Assembly: GCA_951406725.2 (NCBI GenBank)
Contig: OX597836.1
Coordinates: forward strand, 4,960,001 to 5,024,000
Direction of reading: 5' to 3'
Source of the DNA: Octopus vulgaris
Lineage: Eukaryota
Length of the DNA: 64,000 nt
The notes beneath the pieces are model-generated. The model was not told the DNA's origin and did no database searches. It saw only the letters and a list, made by a program, of their open reading frames with translations. Both the position numbers and the translations under genes were made by a program. The stretch's first letter is position 1, and every line of letters starts with the position of its first letter. Shown piece by piece: positions 56,331-64,000 of this stretch.

Positions 56331-56789
56331 ATCCGGATAAAAATATAAGAGCTGGTCTGTATGTTAGTATTTGTAATTGCTAGAAATCGCTCTCAAATCT
56401 CTCTCAAATTATGCAACAACGAGAGAACTAAGAGAAGGTCTCTACAGAGGCTTTTCTAATAATGTAGCTCGCAAAATACACAATATTTGATCGTCATGAT
56501 GCCGATGTAATTTCTAGAAACAGCTGTCGAATTTCACGCAAGACAAAAATATATCGTCTCTGAAGGAAGGATAACCATAGGAAAATGTAATCGGAGATAA
56601 CTATCCAATATGTGGATTTGGGCGTGATGGCCATGTAAAGAACGCGTTTGAATATGAGATTGAATGACACATGAATTAAACAAAGACAGCAACCACAACA
56701 ATAATGCACTTTCTGATCACAATCACCATCATTATCATTATTTTCGTGATTTTGATGATGATGATGGCATTAGTGGTGGCTGTTTTAGT

Positions 56790-57062
56790 CACCATAATCA
56801 TAATCATCATCGTGATTGCCATCATCACCACCACCATCATCATCCTCATCATCCTCATCATCATCATCATCATCATCAATCATCGTCATCGTCATCATCA
56901 TCATCACCATCGTCATCATCATCATCATCATCATCGTCATCACCAACATCAACTTCGTCATCATTGTCATCAACATCGGCATCATCATCATCATCATCAT
57001 CATCATCACCAACATCATCATCGACATCATCATCGTCGTCATCATCATCATCATCATCATCG

Positions 57063-57104
<42 letters not shown>

Positions 57105-57572
57105 GTCGTCATCGCCGTCATCATAACATCATCATCATCATCGTCGTCGTCGTCATCGTCAAAAACAACAGCAGCAGCAGCAACAGCATCTAACTGGTTA
57201 AAAATAATTATTGCACTACCCTCAAAACCACCACCACCAGCACCACCACAACCACCACAACCACAACCATCAACACCATCCCACAACTACCACCCCATCG
57301 CTACCAAACACCACCACCACCACCACTAACATCACCAACACTACCACCGTAACCACCACTGCCACCACAATCACCACCACCACCATCACCACCACAACAA
57401 CCACAACCACAACCACAACCACAACCACCGCAACCACAACCACCACCACAGAAAACAATAATGATGAAAACACCTATACAATGATTCCAAGTGACACGTG
57501 AAGCACGCTAAAATATTAACTGCAATAAGTGAAACAGAGATAACAGCAGCAACGCCAGCAACAGCAGCAGGG

Positions 57573-57651
<79 letters not shown>

Positions 57652-57710
57652 CCATGGTGGTGGTGGCGGTGGTGGTGGCGGTGGTGTTGGCGTTGGTGGT
57701 GGTGGTGAAG
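56790..57710. repeat. (CAT)n, (ACC)n, (GTA)n and (GGT)n microsatellites
   Basis: Directly visible. Confidence 0.95.
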
Positions 57711-57862
57711 ATAATTTCATTTGCGATATCAACATGACCACCACAAAGAAGACAATGTGGAAAGGGACAATGAGAAGAACAATGAAAGGAAGCACAAACA
57801 TCCCCAAAACAACAACAACACCAATAACCTCAAGAACCAGAATGCAACTGCACACACATATG

Positions 57863-57904
<42 letters not shown>

Positions 57905-57963
57905 TATATGTATGCATACAAACACACATACATACATACATACATACTTACAGATATATATGT

Positions 57964-58002
<39 letters not shown>

Positions 58003-58339
58003 CATAGTATAAACACATCGATCTGTGATAGCGCAACACCACTTCCACCATTGCCAACAACAACACAGCAGCAACATGAAGACCACGAGCAAACACAATG
58101 AGAATCCAGAGAAATGCGACTCGTAAAGACACAAAAATCTGTTAATCCAATGAAGAATGCATGGATAACTATACAAATATTTCACACCATCACATCAAAC
58201 CCGCGCAGCGTCTCTACCTCCCCGATGGCCAACACTGCCAACAAAATCACAGATACTGTCTTGGGAATGAAAGCAAGAACATAACCATTACCAGTGAAAA
58301 CATCACTGTTACACTATCTTCATATACAAGGAGAATGGA

Positions 58340-58526
58340 GTTGGAAAGTACTCGCCTTTAACATTATCGCGAAAGGCTTGGATGGAGGTCCAAACTTCCG
58401 AGTTCTTTTACAGGGTTTAGATAAACCGAAGGACTACTGAAAGGGGAAATATGGTGATAAAACAATAATTAGCTGATTCCTCAGTATTTTATTTTACCCG
58501 ATGCCAGGAACTTTTCAGCCCCACCC
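58340..58526. mobile_element. Mariner-type MITE (left end missing)
   Basis: Ends TTTTACCCGATGCCAGGAACTTTTCAGCCCCACCC and is homologous to 43616-43825. Confidence 0.65.
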
Positions 58527-58547
58527 GAATATATATATATATATATA

Positions 58548-58853
58548 TCACAGTGATCACCGTGACCGACCAGGCTATCAGATGTTGCTTCACATCCCTG
58601 GTTACAATGTGCATTGCATTATTTTAGCCTTCAAGTGACGCCACCCCGCTGGCTAAGCGAGCGGACCAATAGAAGAAAGATTGAGAGAAATTTGTGGCGA
58701 AAGAGCACAGCAGGGATCGCCCTCCCCCCGTCGGAGCCTCGTGGAGCTTTAGGTGTTTTCGCTCAATAAACACTCACAACACCCGGTCTGGGATTCGAAA
58801 CCGCGATCCTACAATCGCGAGTCCGCTGCCATAACCACTGGGCGATTGTGCCT

Positions 58854-58857
<4 letters not shown>
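58548..58857 (-). mobile_element. tRNA-derived SINE (family D), full length
   Basis: Minus-strand head GAGGCACAATCGCCCAGTGGTTATGGCAGCGGACTCGCG...GGTTTCGAATCCCAG, flanked by (TA)n on both sides. Confidence 0.8.
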
Positions 58858-58896
<39 letters not shown>

Positions 58897-58955
58897 TTTA
58901 GTTTCTCTTTTACTTTTTTCAGTCATTTGACTGCGGCCATATAGCACACACACAT

Positions 58956-59008
<53 letters not shown>

Positions 59009-59083
59009 CTGTTCCGTTGATCCAATGAATTGGAATCCTCATGTGTCGCAACCGACTAAGTGACAATTTGTACAACAGCACCA

Positions 59084-59290
59084 CAGTAATCTTCGAATAT
59101 GGAACATATTCTAACCCTGCGACAGGTAAAAATCCGTGAAGTAGAAATAGTACTACTTTTCTTAAATAAATATTTTTATAATTTATATATATTTATTTTA
59201 TTACAAATACAAAAAAAAACACAGAGGAATCGAGGTAAGCTTAAATAATAAATGGCGATAGGTGAACCGCGATATAGCGAGGGATTACTG
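59084..59290. mobile_element. Tigger/pogo-like MITE remnant
   Basis: Right end GTGAACCGCGATATAGCGAGGGATTACTG-TA (revcomp CAGTAATCCCTCGCTATATCGCGG) and degenerate left end CAGTAATCTTCGAATAT. Confidence 0.6.
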
Positions 59291-59524
59291 TATATAATAT
59301 GTTTTATTCATTTTGGATCCTGGTGTTGCTTCGGTGTATGACGGTTCATAGGTCACAGTTATAAATTGTACATATTTCGAGTTTTTGCTTTGTCATCTCT
59401 TTTGTGAATTTAGACCTATCATAGATATGCAGATTCGATTGTGGGCGTTAAAATAGCGATGTCCATCATTTTGCAAGGGTCATTAGGCCCACATCTACAC
59501 AGATCTCTTCATTCCTTTTCGCAG

Positions 59525-59782
59525 CTTCAAACTGGCCGTTGGCTGGCTAGAGAGCGAGAAAGTGGGCGGAAAGAGGAATAGAGAGAAGGCGTTAGAACAT
59601 AGGCAGAACAAGACTGTTAATGAATCTAACCAAAGGATTTCTTCAAAGACATTGCAAAACAATCCAGTAGGTAACTGGCGCAATAACGATACATTTCTAG
59701 GAATTAAACGCAAAGAAAATACAGTTTATAGATATTATGAAATATTCAGCACAAATAACGTTGGCGAACATCAGATTATTCG
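59525..59782 (+). CDS. Candidate 258-nt symmetric (phase 2) exon FKLAVGWLESEKVGG...YRYYEIFSTNNVGEHQII
   Basis: Acceptor ctcttcattccttttcgcAG and donor GTTAGT, 85 open codons, no homology recognised. Confidence 0.3.
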
Positions 59783-61584
59783 GTTAGTAGTTACATAGTC
59801 GCTGTTGAAATACAAACATTTTCACGTATGGCCACAGAATAGATAACACGACTGATAGCTCAGAATGTGGTGGTGTGGAGTGGTGATGGTGGTGGTGGTG
59901 GTGGTGGTGGTTGTGGTGGTGGCGATGGTAGTGGTGGTGGTAGTGTTGTGTTAGTGGTGGTGTTAATGGTGTTAGTGGTGATGTTGTGACCATGGTGATG
60001 GTGGTCGTCGTGGTCGTGCTGTAGCTGCTGATGGTGGTGGTAGCGTTGCAATTTATCCCTCACCAAAAGTATCAATTCCGATGGCCAAAACCGAACAGAT
60101 TAATGAACCAGTCACTGAGTCGTGACCTTGCATGTTAGAAATAGCAGCAAAACTTCCGTCAAATTACACATTGCCATCACGCAAAGAAAAGAAAAATTGG
60201 ATAAGCTAGTGTTGAGAGATCCACAAGGTAACTTTAATCATAGTTCTGCTCGGCTTTGTATAACGTGGGCCAAAATAGAACGACAGTAACGACATCCCAA
60301 TCACTCCATATAATTCCGCAGACAATACAGACCCACCTCTCAAACCAAAACTTTCATCAATTCTATTTTTGCCATCGCGACAGCCGAATGTTCTGCAAAA
60401 AAACACGCCTTAATACAATATTTGTAATGAGGAACTGGAAATAATTCTCACTAAATACGTCTCTGCTCATCAATTGTTCTCATTAACGTCAAACCCACTC
60501 GCCAACAGCAAACCCACCCAGAAACTCCCCAAATCCTAATGGCCAATGCCAAACGCCCTCACTAAACATAAGACAGCCACCAATAAGAATAACAGAAGAA
60601 GCATCACCAACATCCAGACTCAATTATGTATCTCTCTCAAAGAACCATCCGCATCTCTGCTGTTCTTATGTCCTTCATTAACCCTAAAAACCGTAGCAGA
60701 ATGGATATATTGTTGATAATGTCAAACATTATCAACAAAAAAAACATTGGCTAGATCATCATCAATACAGCCATCGCATCCACTACAAACTCCACTCCAT
60801 TTGTAACGAAACAGCATCCTCATTATCTTGATTGCTATAGCGACCGACGACAAAATGCCCTGGAAAAACACGCCCTCGCACAATAAACACGTTCACACCA
60901 ACCCCTGACGCTCCAGACCAGCCACAAACGCTCCAGAACCAAGCAAAACAACCAGATGAAAATAACGAAAAGCATGAAGAGAGAAGCAGCACGATCGCCA
61001 ACATCAGCAACAGCGAAAAGGCGAGCAACAGTAATAACAAGAATAACGAAATTAAGAGCAACAGCAACAATAACAGCAGCAGCAACAACAATTAAAACCT
61101 TCAATAACATTTCGATAGCATTTTCAGGCTGACGGACCGATAGAAAAATGGCGGAGAAGAGATGAAAACAAAACCAAAACAAAGAGAAAAAGAAAATTAA
61201 AGCGAAAAGAAATTACACAAATAACAGCCGAAACTCCAACAAGATATAAAACTGCAGAAGCACAGGTTTGTTAAAATAGGAAATATTTGTTTCCTTGTTT
61301 TAATATTTGAAACAATGACGGACCGAAAGCTTTTGTTTTCTGTGTTGAAACCCTGCTTTTATAGTTGCGAGCGGCACATTTATGAGCAGTTATATGTAGC
61401 ATAACTATAGGAGCAGCTGTGAAAATGGTCTTTTAATTAGACAGGCCTTGCGTAGTTCTTTATAGTCAAGCTAATGGCTAGAAAATATTATTCATAGAAA
61501 TTAATGTGGAGATGATGCGTGCAACATGTGTGCGTGTGTATGTGTATATATATATATATATGTATATATACTCCCTAATATTAT

Positions 61585-61641
<57 letters not shown>

Positions 61642-62099
61642 AATGCATATATACATATATATATATATATATGTATGTATATATATATACATATATATAT
61701 ATATTTGTGTGTGTGTGTATATACATACATATATATATATATGTATACGTATGTATGCATATGTGTGCGTGTTTGTACATGTGTGTGTGTATTTGTGTAT
61801 ATATACATACATATATATATATGTATATGTATGTATGTATGTATGCATATATGTGCGTGTTTGTACATGTGTGTGTCGGTGTGTTTGTGTGTGTATCTAT
61901 GATTGAGTGTAGTACTGGCAATGTGATGGTGGCGCGGGGATAGCTTGAAGGAATGAATGGAGTTGGCTGCGGAGGCGAAGGCGAAGGGATGGTGGACGGA
62001 AGGGGGGAGAGGAGAGGGAGCGGAGAAGACGATGGGGAGGAAATAATTGTTGTGAAGGTGGTGGTGATGTTGCTGGAAAAGTACATGAAGGGAGGGGGG

Positions 62100-62460
62100 T
62101 AAGGGCGACGGCGGCGGCGTAGGTTGCCGGCGGTGGTGGAGATATGTATATTTTGATAGTGTGGGAAGTGATGGTAGATTTTATAATTGGTGCTGATAAT
62201 GACGGATTTAGGTACGGGCGGCGGCGGCGGCGGCGGTGGCGGTGGTGGGGGTGGTAATGGTAGTAGGGGTGGTGGTAGGTGATTTGGGTGGGTGTAGTAG
62301 AGTTCGTGGTAATGGCTGTAGTGATGGAGATGGTCTTGTAGTGGTACTACTATTAATTCTAGTAGTGGTGGTGGTGGTGGTGATGGAGGTAGTTGTAGAA
62401 GTAGTAGAGATGGTGGTGGTGGTGGTAGTAGTAGAAGTACCAGTGGTAGTAGTAGGGGTG

Positions 62461-62507
<47 letters not shown>

Positions 62508-63370
62508 GAGGAGGAGGAGGTGTAGGAGGAGGAATGGTTTTTGTGTTGATGATGTTGATGGTGGTGAAGGTGGTGGTAGTAATGGTAGTTATAATGTTAG
62601 TAGTAGTAGCAGTGTTAGTAGTGTTAGTAGTTGTAGTGTTAGTGTTAGTAGTAGTAGTAGCAGTAGTTGTTGTTGTTAGTAGTAGTAGTAATTGCAATGG
62701 CTGTATGGTGCTGTAGTATAGGCTGGTGGTGGTGGTACTGATGATGGTAGAGGAGATTGTGACAGCGGTGGTGCAAGCGAATGGTAGCGTTGGTGTAGGT
62801 GGTAGTGGCCGTTAATGAGTGATGTCGATAATGAGGAATGTTAGTGATTGTGGGCGCGGTGGTGTTGGTATTCGTTATAAACGTATTGGAGTGACGGTAG
62901 AGATGGCGGTGGTGGTGGTGGTGGTGGTTGTGGTAGTGGTGTAGGAAGCGGTAATGATGGTGGTGGTGGTGGTGGGATCATGGTATAGGAATGGGTGATG
63001 ATAGTAGCGATGATGATGGTGGTGGTCGTGGCTGTCATGTAGGTCTTGGTTTTGATGCTGGTGATGTGGCTGACGATAATACTTTTAGTGAATGCAGGTG
63101 TGGTGTTGATGGAGTTTGTAGTACAGGTGATAGTATAGTTCATAGTGATGCTGGTGTTTGTGTGTTGTGGCGGTGCTGGTGATCGTAATTGTGGTCGTAG
63201 TGGTGGTGCTGGAAGCGAACAGTTTGTCAACGGTACTAATGACAGAAAACATGTTGTGGTGTTAATGGTGCCATCGCTTTGGTGGTAGTACAGGTGGTGT
63301 TGGTGGTCGGGGTGGTGGACGTGGCTTTGGTGGGGATGTTGATGTTGCTTTGCGGTAGTGAGTGGGGGAG
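62100..63370. repeat. Degenerate (GGT/AGT)n low-complexity domain
   Basis: Directly visible. Confidence 0.9.
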
Positions 63371-63499
63371 CGTTTTTAAGATTTGTATTTGTAGAAAGAT
63401 GTCTCTTTCGTTGATACCATTTTGGTGAACAAATCTTTCTCGGTGGGCAATTTTCGGGATCTGTTTCGGTTCATGCACGAATGCTCTGTCATCCACCTC

Positions 63500-63536
63500 C
63501 TTCTAATCATCATCATTATCATCCTCATCCTCCTCC

Positions 63537-63568
<32 letters not shown>

Positions 63569-63850
63569 GTCATCGTCATCATCATCATCATCATCATCAT
63601 TCTCGCTATCATCATCATCGTCGTTGATGTCGTCGTCGTCATGAATAGCATCATCGTCTTCATCGTCGACGACATCATGACCATTGTCATCCTCACAGTC
63701 ATCGCCATTGTCATTGCCCTCTCCTCCTCCTCCTTCTCCTTCTCCTCCTCCTCATCCTCCTCATCCTCCTTCAATCTTCTTCGTCATTATCATTGTCGTC
63801 GCTGTCGTTGTCTCATCGTTGACTTGTCGTTGTCCTCCTCTTCGTCGATG
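63500..63850. repeat. (CAT)n/(CCT)n low-complexity region
   Basis: Directly visible. Confidence 0.9.
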
Positions 63851-64000
63851 TCATCCACTCATCATCTCATGAAGGCATATGCTAATACATGGCTTCTGAT
63901 TGGTTATTGCGTTGGTCTAGCTTTAGCTATGGTTTCTGTGGCGACCATATCGTTTCCTTTATTTAACGGACTTAATTATTTGCTAATGGTCATAATAGAA

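Overview
AT-rich, repeat-saturated eukaryotic DNA, most likely intronic or intergenic sequence from a coleoid cephalopod (Octopus). That assignment rests on recognising the SINE families from memory, not on a database search. No complete protein-coding gene is visible, and almost every ORF in the supplied track is a translated microsatellite. The window contains: (1) dozens of (TA)n, (CA)n, (AGAT)n, (TATG)n and trinucleotide arrays; (2) about 30 copies or fragments of at least three tRNA-derived SINE families, several arranged as inverted pairs or tandem arrays; (3) decayed fragments of Mariner, Tigger, RTE, CR1/L2 and R4/Dong-type elements; (4) a ~200-bp element next to (TA)n, present four times, carrying a minimal hammerhead-ribozyme motif with one copy apparently intact (39535-39573, minus strand); (5) a 161-bp (81+80) dimeric tandem array with CRISPR-like geometry that is not a CRISPR; (6) several isolated splice-site-bounded candidate exons on both strands, including an 18-nt microexon and a signal-peptide-like first coding exon, none assignable to a known gene.
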